A DNA stretch of 51,558 bases from an uncultured Pseudomonadales bacterium. GTDB lineage: Bacteria > Patescibacteriota > Microgenomatia > UBA1400 > CAYXSR01. This document shows, piece after piece, positions 9,603-18,758 of this stretch. The position numbers were made by a program, and so were the translations under genes. Each line of letters opens with the position of its first letter. Within the stretch, counting starts at the first letter, position 1. The DNA lies in the NCBI GenBank assembly GCA_964430265.1, contig CAYSEI010000002.1, forward strand, positions 207,209-258,766, written 5' to 3'. The notes beneath the pieces are model-generated. The model had not been told where the DNA came from, searched no databases, and saw only the letters and a program-made list of their open reading frames with translations.

Positions 9603-10304
9603 TTATTTATTTACAATTTTTTTCCAAAATTTCTGATGTGAGTTTAATAAAGAATATTTTTCATACACAATTTTAATCCCTACTGTACTTGAATATTTTT
9701 CAATAAAAGACCATACAGAAACTTCGCAAATCTTTGGATTTATACCATAGCGTTCCATAGAATCAACACTATAAAACAAGTGGATAAATCCATTCTTTCC
9801 TTTTAATTGTCCTTCTCCTTTGTCAATCAATTCTTTAGTTTTTTTAAACAGTGGTTGTAACTTCTCTTTCTTTGCTTTCTCTGTTAGAATCATGGAGCTG
9901 CCTGTTGTTGCTCCCAACCCAGCACGAGAGTTACGAGATATTTCTTCTTGAAAAGACAACTCTTCATCGCTAAGATTTATCCTTTTTACTTCAACATATT
10001 CCTCTTGTTTCCTAAGGTAAATATCAGGATTTCTATTATCTGATAAAAACACTGGCTTATCTTTCATAAATTTTCTAGCAGTAAAAACTTCTGCCAATTT
10101 ATCATGCATCTGCAAAACATCATCAATTCCTTTAAACTTTGATTTTAATACTTTTTCTTGCTCCTCTGAAAGCTGATTTACAAGTTTATTAACCCATAAT
10201 ATTTTCGGATACTCTATTCCTTGTAATAACCGAAGTCTCAACTCATCAACCCATATTTTTGCATCTCCAACAACTGATTCCTCTAAGATTTTTTGGATAG
10301 TCAT
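9603..10304 (-). CDS. hypothetical protein, possible PD-(D/E)xK nuclease fold
   Basis: E...NPDIYL...YVEVKRI arrangement. Confidence 0.55.
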   Translation of the reverse strand: MTIQKILEESVVGDAKIWVDELRLRLLQGIEYPKILWVNKLVNQLSEEQEKVLKSKFKGIDDVLQMHDKLAEVFTARKFMKDKPVFLSDNRNPDIYLRKQEEYVEVKRINLSDEELSFQEEISRNSRAGLGATTGSSMILTEKAKKEKLQPLFKKTKELIDKGEGQLKGKNGFIHLFYSVDSMERYGINPKICEVSVWSFIEKYSSTVGIKIVYEKYSLLNSHQKFWKKIVNK

Positions 10305-10461
10305 TTCCTTTAACCAACTAAACTAATACTTTATACAATTCTTATCCTGATTCAGGACCAAGATATATTTTTTTAGTCCAAAACGATGATTTCAATTAGG
10401 TTAAAGGTCAATCATTTTGGTTATCCATGAGTTTTTAAGTAGTTTATCTTTAATGTTTTGA

Positions 10462-10854
10462 TCAAAAATCTCCTCTTAACCAATCTTGTCCATCAAACCC
10501 CCCATCTTCACAGTAATACGAAGGACCTCTATTGTCATCTAATAATTTCTGTTTATATTGTTGGGAGGCATTGATTAGAGTGTTGTAGCTAGGTGATAAT
10601 CGACAATTTTTATTACATTCCCATAAGTCCTCTAAAGAGACATTTGCATCTTCAGGTCTTAAACCCCTTTCATTTATTGCCCATCCAATACACTCTTCCT
10701 TTGAATCAAATTTGGGACTATAGATTGAACTACCACTAGTAATCCCTTCTGGATAATATGTTCCTGTCCAGTGATCTTCCTCTATTAGTCTTCCAACGAG
10801 AAATCCAATAACTAAGACTAAGAGAATTATTATTAAAAACCTTGTTTTTTTCAT
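10462..10854 (-). CDS. membrane-anchored Cys-containing hypothetical protein
   Basis: Start moved to MKKTRFL at 10854, followed by a TM helix; four Cys in the soluble part. Confidence 0.65.
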   Translation of the reverse strand: MKKTRFLIIILLVLVIGFLVGRLIEEDHWTGTYYPEGITSGSSIYSPKFDSKEECIGWAINERGLRPEDANVSLEDLWECNKNCRLSPSYNTLINASQQYKQKLLDDNRGPSYYCEDGGFDGQDWLRGDF

Positions 10855-11026
10855 TAAAACAAACCTAACTTTTGATAACATTATCATATACAAATAACTA
10901 GATATATACAATATTAGATATAATGCAAAAATTCCAGAGTCAGCTACTAAAAATCAAAAGATTACATTTTTAACTTAAAGGATTATTAGTGATCCAAGAA
11001 CCAATTGGAATAAAATTAAAACCTTT

Positions 11027-11674
11027 TCATAATTTAAAATTTCTCAACAATTTGGTTTCCTTTTCTGAAAATGGCTGACAATATATTTCTTGGTCATTAA
11101 AAACTAAAATTTTTTCTCCTGGATTTTTGAAATGATTTGCTATAGTATTTCCTAGCAAAAAAATAGAATCATTTTCAGTTGCTACAGTAAAAATTACTCT
11201 GAGATTTATAAACTCTTTTATCCATTTATTTAAATATCCTCTATCTAATCTACTTGTTGAATATATTATATATATGTTATCTTTTTCTTTGAGTTTCTTG
11301 AATGCATTTTCAATACTTTCTCGATCATGATAAACCATGTCACACTCTTCAATATGAATAAAAATTCTTTTATTTGTTTCTAGATCTCCCATTTCGTGAA
11401 GAACGTTTATTGCTTTCTTTGGATTATTAACAACTGGTTTTATTAAATAATCTGCTGACCAATTACTAAAATCTAAACGTGTCATATCAAGAAAAACAAA
11501 ACCAATTTCATCAGAAGAGTATTTATCAGTTAATTCTTTATACAAATTATTATGAAATATACTTTTACCTGAACCCGTTTGTCCAGCTAATAGTATAAAA
11601 TCTATCTTTTCCTTGTCAAAATTAATCTCAATCTTTTTCCCGTTTTCATCTTTACCTAGATATATTTTTTTCAT
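11027..11674 (-). CDS. stand-alone FtsK/SpoIIIE-like P-loop domain protein
   Basis: IYLGKDENG, Walker A AGQTGSGKS, Walker B-like FIHIEE, C-terminal PGE. Confidence 0.75.
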   Translation of the reverse strand: MKKIYLGKDENGKKIEINFDKEKIDFILLAGQTGSGKSIFHNNLYKELTDKYSSDEIGFVFLDMTRLDFSNWSADYLIKPVVNNPKKAINVLHEMGDLETNKRIFIHIEECDMVYHDRESIENAFKKLKEKDNIYIIYSTSRLDRGYLNKWIKEFINLRVIFTVATENDSIFLLGNTIANHFKNPGEKILVFNDQEIYCQPFSEKETKLLRNFKL

Positions 11675-11683
11675 ATTTAAATC

Positions 11684-12127
11684 CTAAAAATGATACAGAA
11701 AATAGTATAAAGCTGGTAAGGCTGCAAATGTTAGAAAAGGAGTAATGTAATACAAAGCATTTTTCGGCATAGATAAGGCCGAAGCAACGCGATTATGTTG
11801 TTGTCCTGTTCTTATTTCCCAGATTAAATCAGGGAGTCTTGCCAACATCAATATTATTGCGACAATAAAAACACCGATATTTCCGAAATGATATGTTGCG
11901 TATAGGTACCCACAAATAGCAAAAAACGCGGTGTGATTTACCCATTTATCTGCGCGTTCAGATTTTTCAATTTCCTTTTTTATAAAGTCGTTTTCAGTTT
12001 TACTTTTTAATTCATCGAGTTTAGGATTTGTAAAAAGTCCTCTTACAAGAAGTCCTAATAGATTTGTACTTAGCCACAATAAAACAAAATAAAGTACTAT
12101 TGATATTAAGATATGACTAATGATCAT
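11684..12127 (-). CDS. hypothetical multi-TM membrane protein
   Basis: About four hydrophobic segments. Confidence 0.65.
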   Translation of the reverse strand: MIISHILISIVLYFVLLWLSTNLLGLLVRGLFTNPKLDELKSKTENDFIKKEIEKSERADKWVNHTAFFAICGYLYATYHFGNIGVFIVAIILMLARLPDLIWEIRTGQQHNRVASALSMPKNALYYITPFLTFAALPALYYFLYHF

Positions 12128-12151
12128 TTTATTAGATTATTAAGCCTTAAT

Positions 12152-12679
12152 TTATACATTATAAAAATATAAAAATGTTCCGATAACAGAAATAAGATAG
12201 ACGAGTGAACTAAGTAAATAAAATTTGATAGTTTTCTTAAAAGACTTATTTAATAATTTTTTCTTTTCTTTGTTTTCCTCGATTGATAAGTAAGCTTTTA
12301 CTTTTTGCTGTTGCTCTCGAAAATTGAGGATTAAGAATCCTCCAGTTATGGTTACAAACCAACTAAAATACTTAGGAAAATCAAAAGTTAATAGTAAATA
12401 TCCGTTTATCATACCATATCCAATTAGTATCGGAAGCATTTTAAAAAAAAACTTATGATATGTAGAAAAACGATAGATTTGCATCAAAATAAATATACTT
12501 GCCAAAATAAATATAGCAAATAAAAAAACGCTCATTTCAATTTTTCCTATTATAAGTCCGATAACTAGAAGAATTAAAGCAAGCCAAAGAGAAATTCCGC
12601 TTATTATTTTGGATTTACTTCCTCTCATGAATATTTGCCAACCACCCAAGAGCAGCAGAAAAAGCATAATGTAAATCAT
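12152..12679 (-). CDS. hypothetical multi-TM membrane protein
   Basis: About six hydrophobic segments. Confidence 0.65.
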   Translation of the reverse strand: MIYIMLFLLLLGGWQIFMRGSKSKIISGISLWLALILLVIGLIIGKIEMSVFLFAIFILASIFILMQIYRFSTYHKFFFKMLPILIGYGMINGYLLLTFDFPKYFSWFVTITGGFLILNFREQQQKVKAYLSIEENKEKKKLLNKSFKKTIKFYLLSSLVYLISVIGTFLYFYNV

Positions 12680-12996
12680 ATTTTTATGTTATCTATAGGT
12701 TAATAAAATTTAGCCTATTTCACATAACCTCTTAGTATATATTATTATAACATAGGAAAGAATTTTGAAATAAAGTAAAAGTATAATACTTTCAGTGTAT
12801 AAGGTTCTTATAATCAATATATTTATTATTTGATATTAAAATTTTCAATAAATATTGATTACTTCTTTCAGTTATTTATAAAAGAACTTTTGTAAACTAT
12901 TAATTGGGACATAGAACCCCAAAAATTCTAGGTATAACTTTGCTTTTAAATCGATTTTTCGTTTTGTTCATTCTATTCAGATTTTAATAATAATTT

Positions 12997-13392
12997 TTAA
13001 TTAAGTGTTAAAACATCACTACTAGAAATACGCCAACCCATTGTTTCGTTACTTACCCAATATTTCTTTGCTAATTTAGGAATTGTAATTCCATATATTT
13101 TAAAGTCTCTTTTTATCCAGGCAAAGGGAATTAACAACTCTGCCGCAAAGATATTTGCTTCAACTTCCTTAATATTTTTGGAGTTAAGGTTAAAGATATG
13201 TTCTTTAATAGAATGTTTTAATATGAAATGCCCTATTTCGTGAGCTACAGAAAATCTTTTTCTTACTACAGAATCTTTCTTTCTATAGTAAAGTATTTTA
13301 TTTTTAATATCTATGAAAGCTGAAATATTATCAGAAATCAGCTGATTTTCTAAATTTATTACTTCTAATTTTAAGTATTTTACTATTTCAAT
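12997..13392 (-). pseudogene. 5'-truncated ImmA/IrrE family metallo-endopeptidase (absent from the ORF track)
   Basis: Manual translation gives 131 open codons containing RKRFSVAHEIGH and EVEANIFAAELLIP; no ATG/GTG/TTG upstream of the motifs; frame abuts the tRNA-Gln 3' end. Confidence 0.85.
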
Positions 13393-13393
13393 G

Positions 13394-13464
13394 CTGCCGG
13401 GGATGGATTCGAACCATCACTAGCGATTTCAGAGACCGCCGTCCTACCATTAGACGACCCGGCA
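13394..13464 (-). tRNA. tRNA-Gln (CTG)
   Basis: Cloverleaf TGCCGGG/CCCGGCA, anticodon arm GCGGT-CTCTGAA-ATCGC, T-loop TTCGAAT; no encoded CCA. Confidence 0.96.
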
Positions 13465-13520
13465 AAACATATATATTTTACCAATTATGAGGTAAAAGTT
13501 GTAGTATAATAAAAAACAGT

Positions 13521-13868
13521 ATGAAACTTGTAAAAGAAAAAATTACTCTAGAAGAATTAAAAAATATAGCCAGGGAAGGATTTGGTAATCTAATAAAAGC
13601 AGTGGTTGATATAGAACAAAAGATAATGGTTGTTGATGCAGAACTGCATGCAGATCAAGAAGCACTTCTAATAAATGAGTATGAATCAAAGCAAAAAGAT
13701 CTTTGGGGAATTAATATATATCCGGAAGCCAACAAGGATGATTTTATTGAATTTGATTCAATGATCAATCTTCGCCCTAATTTTAATAATTCCAGTCGTG
13801 GTGTGGATAATACTGAAACTAGAAAGAGAATAAAAGAAGTTGTATATAGTCTAGTAAAAAATGAGTAA
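13521..13868 (+). CDS. DUF5674-like protein
   Basis: KAVVDI, ELHAD.E, Q.DLWG.N.YP, IEFDSMINLRP pattern recalled for this family. Confidence 0.75.
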   Translation: MKLVKEKITLEELKNIAREGFGNLIKAVVDIEQKIMVVDAELHADQEALLINEYESKQKDLWGINIYPEANKDDFIEFDSMINLRPNFNNSSRGVDNTETRKRIKEVVYSLVKNE

Positions 13869-14205
13869 TATTCAGCACAAAAAACTGGCATCTGGGCGGT
13901 GGGGAAAATTGAGTTTAGTGGAGCAAATGGCAAATATCGGTAGCGAAGTCTTCAGAGCTATCTCCTGGAAAAATAAAAAGAATAAAGAATATTCAAAATT
14001 AGCTTTTTACCGCGCTTTAGAACTAATTGATTTAACTGTCAAAGAATACAAAAACAGCTATCCTAAATTAAAAGAAATCCTTCGTGTTAGGGAAATGCTT
14101 GTTGACTATTTTGCCGGTGAAAATAAGTACAAATCGACTGATAAGCAATGGGAAAAGTACTTTTATGCTTTTAATTACGCTGCACAAAAAAGAAAAAACA
14201 AATGA
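13861..14205 (+). CDS. helical hypothetical protein
   Basis: RW..LSLVEQMANIGSEV.RA; overlaps both neighbours, suggesting coupling. Confidence 0.7.
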   Translation: MSNIQHKKLASGRWGKLSLVEQMANIGSEVFRAISWKNKKNKEYSKLAFYRALELIDLTVKEYKNSYPKLKEILRVREMLVDYFAGENKYKSTDKQWEKYFYAFNYAAQKRKNK

Positions 14206-14684
14206 TTATTTGGCTGAACGGTTCCATTAATTCAGGTAAATCAACAATTGCAAAAATGCTTGCAAAAAAGATTGATAATCCAGCTGTAATTGAACCGGAT
14301 AAATTTCATGAATTCATTGCTTGGATGGATATATCTGAGGCTGTACCTTTGATTTTGAAAAACACAGTTTGTGTAACCAAAAATTTTGTAGAAAAGGATT
14401 TAAATGTAATTATTTCTTATCCTTTATCAGAAAAAAATTATACATATATAAATCCTCAGTTTGAAAAAATGAATGTTCAAGTAAAATATTTTACTTTGGC
14501 TCCAAAAATAAAAGAGGCATTACGCAATAGGGGAGACAGAAAACTAAATGATTGGGAAAAACAAAGGATCAAATATCATTATAAAATAAAAATCCACAAG
14601 CCAAATTTTGGAGAAATTATTGACAACTCCAAGCAAAATTCAGAAGAAACAACACAGGAAATATTAGATAAACTGAAAAAATGA
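14202..14684 (+). CDS. P-loop nucleotide/nucleoside kinase-like protein
   Basis: IIWLNGSINSGKST Walker A; R..R lid-like segment. Confidence 0.8.
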   Translation: MIIWLNGSINSGKSTIAKMLAKKIDNPAVIEPDKFHEFIAWMDISEAVPLILKNTVCVTKNFVEKDLNVIISYPLSEKNYTYINPQFEKMNVQVKYFTLAPKIKEALRNRGDRKLNDWEKQRIKYHYKIKIHKPNFGEIIDNSKQNSEETTQEILDKLKK

Positions 14685-14902
14685 AAATTTCTGTTAAAGT
14701 AGTTCCCAATTCTTCTAAAAACAAAATAGAAAAAACTGGAGATAAAAAATACAAAGTTTGGCTAAAATCTATGGCAAAAGAAAGTAAAGCAAATAAAGAA
14801 TTAATTGAATACTTGTCAGACTGTTTTAAAATTTCCAAGTCGCAGATATTTATTGATTCAGGTTTAAAAAGTAAAAATAAGACATTATTAATTACGCAAT
14901 AA
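14681..14902 (+). CDS. DUF167 (YggU-like) protein
   Basis: VKVVPNS...KANKELIEYLS...I.SG.KSK.K. Confidence 0.85.
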   Translation: MKISVKVVPNSSKNKIEKTGDKKYKVWLKSMAKESKANKELIEYLSDCFKISKSQIFIDSGLKSKNKTLLITQ

Positions 14903-14963
14903 ATTTTAAACAAGAATTTTACCGATAGATTGGGTAATTAATTACCCCTATATTTAACAGGGG

Positions 14964-14991
14964 TTGACAGTAATATTTGGTGTGTTAATAT
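14964..14991 (+). promoter_or_regulatory. sigma70-type promoter
   Basis: TTGACA (14964-14969), 16 nt, TAATAT (14986-14991) with TG extension. Confidence 0.6.
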
Positions 14992-15018
14992 CAAAATATT
15001 GAGAAAATAGGATAGACT

Positions 15019-15387
15019 ATGAAATCTAAGTGTACTCTGATTAAGTGTTTGTTAATCTTTGTTTTTGCGGTATTTTTAATATGGAATTTCAGTTCTTTAG
15101 GTATGAACTTCCTAAGAAAAACAGTTAAAAGGGTTAACTGTTTGAGTTGTAGTCTCAAAAACTCCCAAAACTACAAAAAATGCAATGAGTTTTGCTCCCC
15201 AATATATATACGCTGTGACAGTGATTCCCAGTGTTTGGAAACAAAAGGTGGCTATTGTTTTAATAGTTTTAGTAAAGACAATGTGGACAGAAAATTTAAA
15301 AAAGACGGAGAATGTTATTGCATTTTAAACGAATGCAAAAAAAGACCTTCAAGAATCTGGTTTAACATCAATAATTTTTTCAAGTAA
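15019..15387 (+). CDS. membrane-anchored cysteine-rich protein
   Basis: N-terminal TM followed by 10 Cys including CDSDSQC. Confidence 0.7.
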   Translation: MKSKCTLIKCLLIFVFAVFLIWNFSSLGMNFLRKTVKRVNCLSCSLKNSQNYKKCNEFCSPIYIRCDSDSQCLETKGGYCFNSFSKDNVDRKFKKDGECYCILNECKKRPSRIWFNINNFFK

Positions 15388-15690
15388 AATCATTTTTTTA
15401 AATCCGCCTCTTTTTTTCTTTTTATTTTTCCTTTTTCTCTCAAGTTCTTTTAAAGGAATACTGTATTCTTTTGCGAGCGTATAAACAACCTCAAGAACGT
15501 CTGCCAGCTCGTTTTTGATATTTTCAAAATCTGCCTGATTTAATTCTTCTGCTTCTTCCAATAATTTATTTTTTAAATATTTTCTATAATCTCTACTATG
15601 CAGGGTTTTAGTTTCACAATCGCTGCCGCTTTTTTTAATAATCTGGGGGATTTTGTCTCTGACAAGCTTGGGTAAATCATTTTTTGTCAT
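15349..15690 (-). CDS. nucleoside triphosphate pyrophosphohydrolase (MazG/HisE-like fold)
   Basis: KLVRDKIP, KLLEEAEE, ELADVLE, K..KRGGF. Confidence 0.85.
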   Translation of the reverse strand: MTKNDLPKLVRDKIPQIIKKSGSDCETKTLHSRDYRKYLKNKLLEEAEELNQADFENIKNELADVLEVVYTLAKEYSIPLKELERKRKNKKKKRGGFKKMILLEKIIDVKPDS

Positions 15691-15743
15691 AAATTAATTA
15701 TAACAAAATTTTTTATTGTATAATATTTTAAAGAAAGGTATTT

Positions 15744-16049
15744 ATGCAACTAAATAATTTACAAAAAAGATGTAGTCAACTAGTAAAAAAAATTGATAAA
15801 AAGTATCAAATTCAAAGGGATCCACAATTAACAGTTTGTCAGTTATTTGAAGAGCTGGGGGAATTAGTAGAAAAAGTCAATTACAAAAAATTGAGAAATA
15901 AAAAGACAAAAAAAGGAGAATTGGAAGACGAATTTGCTGATGTTTTTATTCAGCTTTGTAGCTTGGCAGAGTTCTATGATATCAATTTAGAAAATTCAAT
16001 AAACAAAAAAATACAGGATTTAGAAAAAAAGCATTTTAAAAGCAGATAA
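15744..16049 (+). CDS. MazG-like nucleotide pyrophosphohydrolase
   Basis: LFEELGEL ... DEFADV ... INLE motifs. Confidence 0.85.
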   Translation: MQLNNLQKRCSQLVKKIDKKYQIQRDPQLTVCQLFEELGELVEKVNYKKLRNKKTKKGELEDEFADVFIQLCSLAEFYDINLENSINKKIQDLEKKHFKSR

Positions 16050-16165
16050 TTTTTAATTTTTTTCAAGAACTCTTACAATTCTCTTATATATAGTTTATAA
16101 TTATTTTACAAATTTTCTGTAGTTTAATATTTACATTATTTATCAATTTAAAAAGAAGGTGTGAA

Positions 16166-17380
16166 ATGAGAAAAACATTTTTCAAAAGAATATTAATTTC
16201 TGCCTTGGTTATTGTTTTCATAATTTCCTTTTTAACTTTTCCTGTATTTGCACAAGACAATAATAAGGAAGAAACAAAAAATATGGTTACCCGGGTTTTA
16301 CCTACTGATCAAACAATAGAAGGAAATTATTTGACAGCAGGTGATTCAGTTACCTTATCCGGTACAGTTAATGGTGATGCATATGTTGCCGGAGGCAATG
16401 TTTTAATCGAAGGAACTGTAAACGGAGATCTTTTGGTTGCAGGAGGAAATGTAACTATTAACGGAAACATTACTGAAGATGTGCGTTTCTTAGGCGGAAA
16501 CGTGAATATCAATGGTAATGTAGGAGGTAGTATTTCCGGTGCAGGTGGGCAAATTGCAGTCCAGGAAGGGACCGAACTTGCAGGCAGTTTAGTTACTGCA
16601 GGAGGAATGGTTTCAGTTTATGCACCTACAGGTGGAGAAATAACAGCTGCAGCTGGTGTGTTAAACATTAGTAATCAGGTAAACGGAGATATTAAAGCAG
16701 CAGTCGGACAATTGACTTTGACATCAAGTGCAGTAGTTAATGGAGATTTGATGTACAGGGCAGAACAAGAAGCAGATATTCAGCAGGGTGCAACTGTTAG
16801 CGGTCAGACAAACTTTAAAAAACTGGAAACTGATCTTACACGCAGAGATTATAAACCCTCTGATATAAGGGAAGGTATTTTAGCAGCTTTAATTGGGATT
16901 AGGGTATCTTTTAAAATACTAGGCTTTTTATCTGCAATACTGACAGGTCTGCTTATGATTTGGCTGGCACCCGATTATTCCAACAGCTTAACAAAGCAGA
17001 TTAAATCTGCTTTTTGGAAGAATTTGGGAATTGGATTTGCTGTATTATTTTTAACTCCGATTGCTTTTGTAATACTTATGATTACAGTGATTGGAATTCC
17101 TCTGGGATTAATCACAATGGCGTTGTATATGCTGACTATATATTTCAGCAGATTAGTTGTTTCACTTTTTATAGGAAAAGAATTTTTCAAAATGATTAAC
17201 CAGAAAAATGCAGCCAATGTATGGGCATATATTGTCGGTTTGATTATCTACACGATAGTTACATTTATTCCCTTTATTGGCGGAATAGCGTCACTGCTTG
17301 CAGTATTAACTGGCATGGGAGCAATCGTAATTGTTAAGCAAAATCTTTATAAGAGTTTACACAAAGGAAAATCAGTTTAA
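16166..17380 (+). CDS. membrane protein with N-terminal beta-helix (bactofilin-like G.V.GD repeats) and C-terminal TM bundle
   Basis: Signal peptide (VFA-Q), repeated GTVNGD..VAGG.V, C-terminal hydrophobic helices (ITVIGIPLG, IPFIG). Confidence 0.8.
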   Translation: MRKTFFKRILISALVIVFIISFLTFPVFAQDNNKEETKNMVTRVLPTDQTIEGNYLTAGDSVTLSGTVNGDAYVAGGNVLIEGTVNGDLLVAGGNVTINGNITEDVRFLGGNVNINGNVGGSISGAGGQIAVQEGTELAGSLVTAGGMVSVYAPTGGEITAAAGVLNISNQVNGDIKAAVGQLTLTSSAVVNGDLMYRAEQEADIQQGATVSGQTNFKKLETDLTRRDYKPSDIREGILAALIGIRVSFKILGFLSAILTGLLMIWLAPDYSNSLTKQIKSAFWKNLGIGFAVLFLTPIAFVILMITVIGIPLGLITMALYMLTIYFSRLVVSLFIGKEFFKMINQKNAANVWAYIVGLIIYTIVTFIPFIGGIASLLAVLTGMGAIVIVKQNLYKSLHKGKSV

Positions 17381-17382
17381 CA

Positions 17383-17721
17383 ATGAACTTGCTAATAAGG
17401 CTTTTAATCAGATCATTGGCGGTTTTAATTACTGCTTATCTGTTACCTGGGGTGGAGGTAACTTCATTTTGGGCAGCCTTATTGGTTGTTCTTGTTTTGG
17501 TTCCGTTAAATTTTTTGGTTAAGCCGATTCTTCTCCTTTTTACTCTGCCGATAAATATTATTACTTTTGGTCTTTTTACACTAGTGATTAATGCCTTAAT
17601 AGTTTTAATGGCAGACAGTTTAGTTGCCGGATTTTCAGTGGACTCCTTTTTAACAGGATTAATCTTTTCCTTTGTATTTGCACTCATTAGTTCGCTTTTG
17701 TTCAACCTGCAAAAAGCTTAA
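17383..17721 (+). CDS. phage holin family 4 / YvlD-like membrane protein
   Basis: N.LVKPIL..TLPINIITFGLF.LVINA signature. Confidence 0.85.
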   Translation: MNLLIRLLIRSLAVLITAYLLPGVEVTSFWAALLVVLVLVPLNFLVKPILLLFTLPINIITFGLFTLVINALIVLMADSLVAGFSVDSFLTGLIFSFVFALISSLLFNLQKA

Positions 17722-17761
17722 ATTAACTTCTTTAATTTACCTGTGATATATTTAGTAACAT

Positions 17762-18559
17762 ATGAAATTAGCTGTTCTAACTGACAATATAAGCAAAAAC
17801 AAAGATTTTTTATCTGAGCCAGGTCTTTCTTATTACATAGAAGCAGATAATAGAAAAATACTTTTTGATACGGGTTTGTCAAGTGTATATTTAAAAAATG
17901 CACAAAAATTAAATATAGATCTTTCCCAGACTGAATATATGGTCTTTAGTCATGGCCATGATGATCACACAAAAGGATTAAAATACTGGCCTTATGAAAC
18001 AAAAAAAATAAATGTGGTTTGTCATCCAGATTGTTTTTTACCCAAATACAAGCTTAATAAATATATTGGCTCACCGTTATTAAAAAAAGAAATAAAACAA
18101 AGATACAAATATCTTGAAACCAAAAGTGCATATTATATTACTGATAATATTGTATTTCTTGGAGAAATTAAACAGAAATATAGTTTTGAAAAAAGAAAAA
18201 AATATGGATTAACAATAAAAGAAAACAAAAAAATACCAGATATGCTTTTTGATGATTCAGCAATGGCAATTTCAACAAAAAAAGGAACAATTATAGTTAG
18301 TGGTTGTTCACATTCGGGGATATGCAATATTATTGCTGCTGCAGAAAAAGCTTTTGATAAAAATATTTATTCAGTAATCGGCGGATTTCATTTAAGAAAT
18401 ACTTTAGAAAATAAAATGAAAAAGATAATTAACGTTTTTCAAGAAAAAGTAACGGGTCCTATTTATCCGGCCCACTGTACAGATAATCAAGCAAGAAAGT
18501 TTTTTAGTAAACACCTTAATACAAAAAAAATATATACAGGCAAAACAATCAATTTTTAG
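17762..18559 (+). CDS. MBL-fold metallo-hydrolase
   Basis: LFDTG, SHGHDDH, GCSHSG, GGFHL, HCT. Confidence 0.9.
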   Translation: MKLAVLTDNISKNKDFLSEPGLSYYIEADNRKILFDTGLSSVYLKNAQKLNIDLSQTEYMVFSHGHDDHTKGLKYWPYETKKINVVCHPDCFLPKYKLNKYIGSPLLKKEIKQRYKYLETKSAYYITDNIVFLGEIKQKYSFEKRKKYGLTIKENKKIPDMLFDDSAMAISTKKGTIIVSGCSHSGICNIIAAAEKAFDKNIYSVIGGFHLRNTLENKMKKIINVFQEKVTGPIYPAHCTDNQARKFFSKHLNTKKIYTGKTINF

Positions 18560-18619
18560 CAGGAGGGTATTAACCCTCGCAAGCTAATAAAACCTGTGTT
18601 AAAATATATAGGTCAAGAT

Positions 18620-18692
18620 GCCGAAGTAGCCAAGTTGGTCACGGCACGTGTCTGAAAAACATGGGATAGTGGTTCGATTCCACTCTTCGGCA
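18620..18692 (+). tRNA. tRNA-Phe (GAA)
   Basis: GCCGAAG/CTTCGGC acceptor stem, CGTGT-CTGAAAA-ACATG anticodon arm, TTCGATT T-loop. Confidence 0.95.
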
Positions 18693-18758
18693 CAGATTTA
18701 TTTTTATAATAGATGGTAGATGAAAATTTGATTCAATAATAATCCTTATTTACTCAAA

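Noticed and set aside
9369-12679. Integron cassette array
   Set aside because: Short co-oriented orphans are present, but there are no recurring attC-like sites and no intI; some spacers are only 9-24 nt
17383-17721. Prophage lysis module suggested by the holin-family gene
   Set aside because: This family is commonly chromosomal, and no endolysin or phage genes are adjacent
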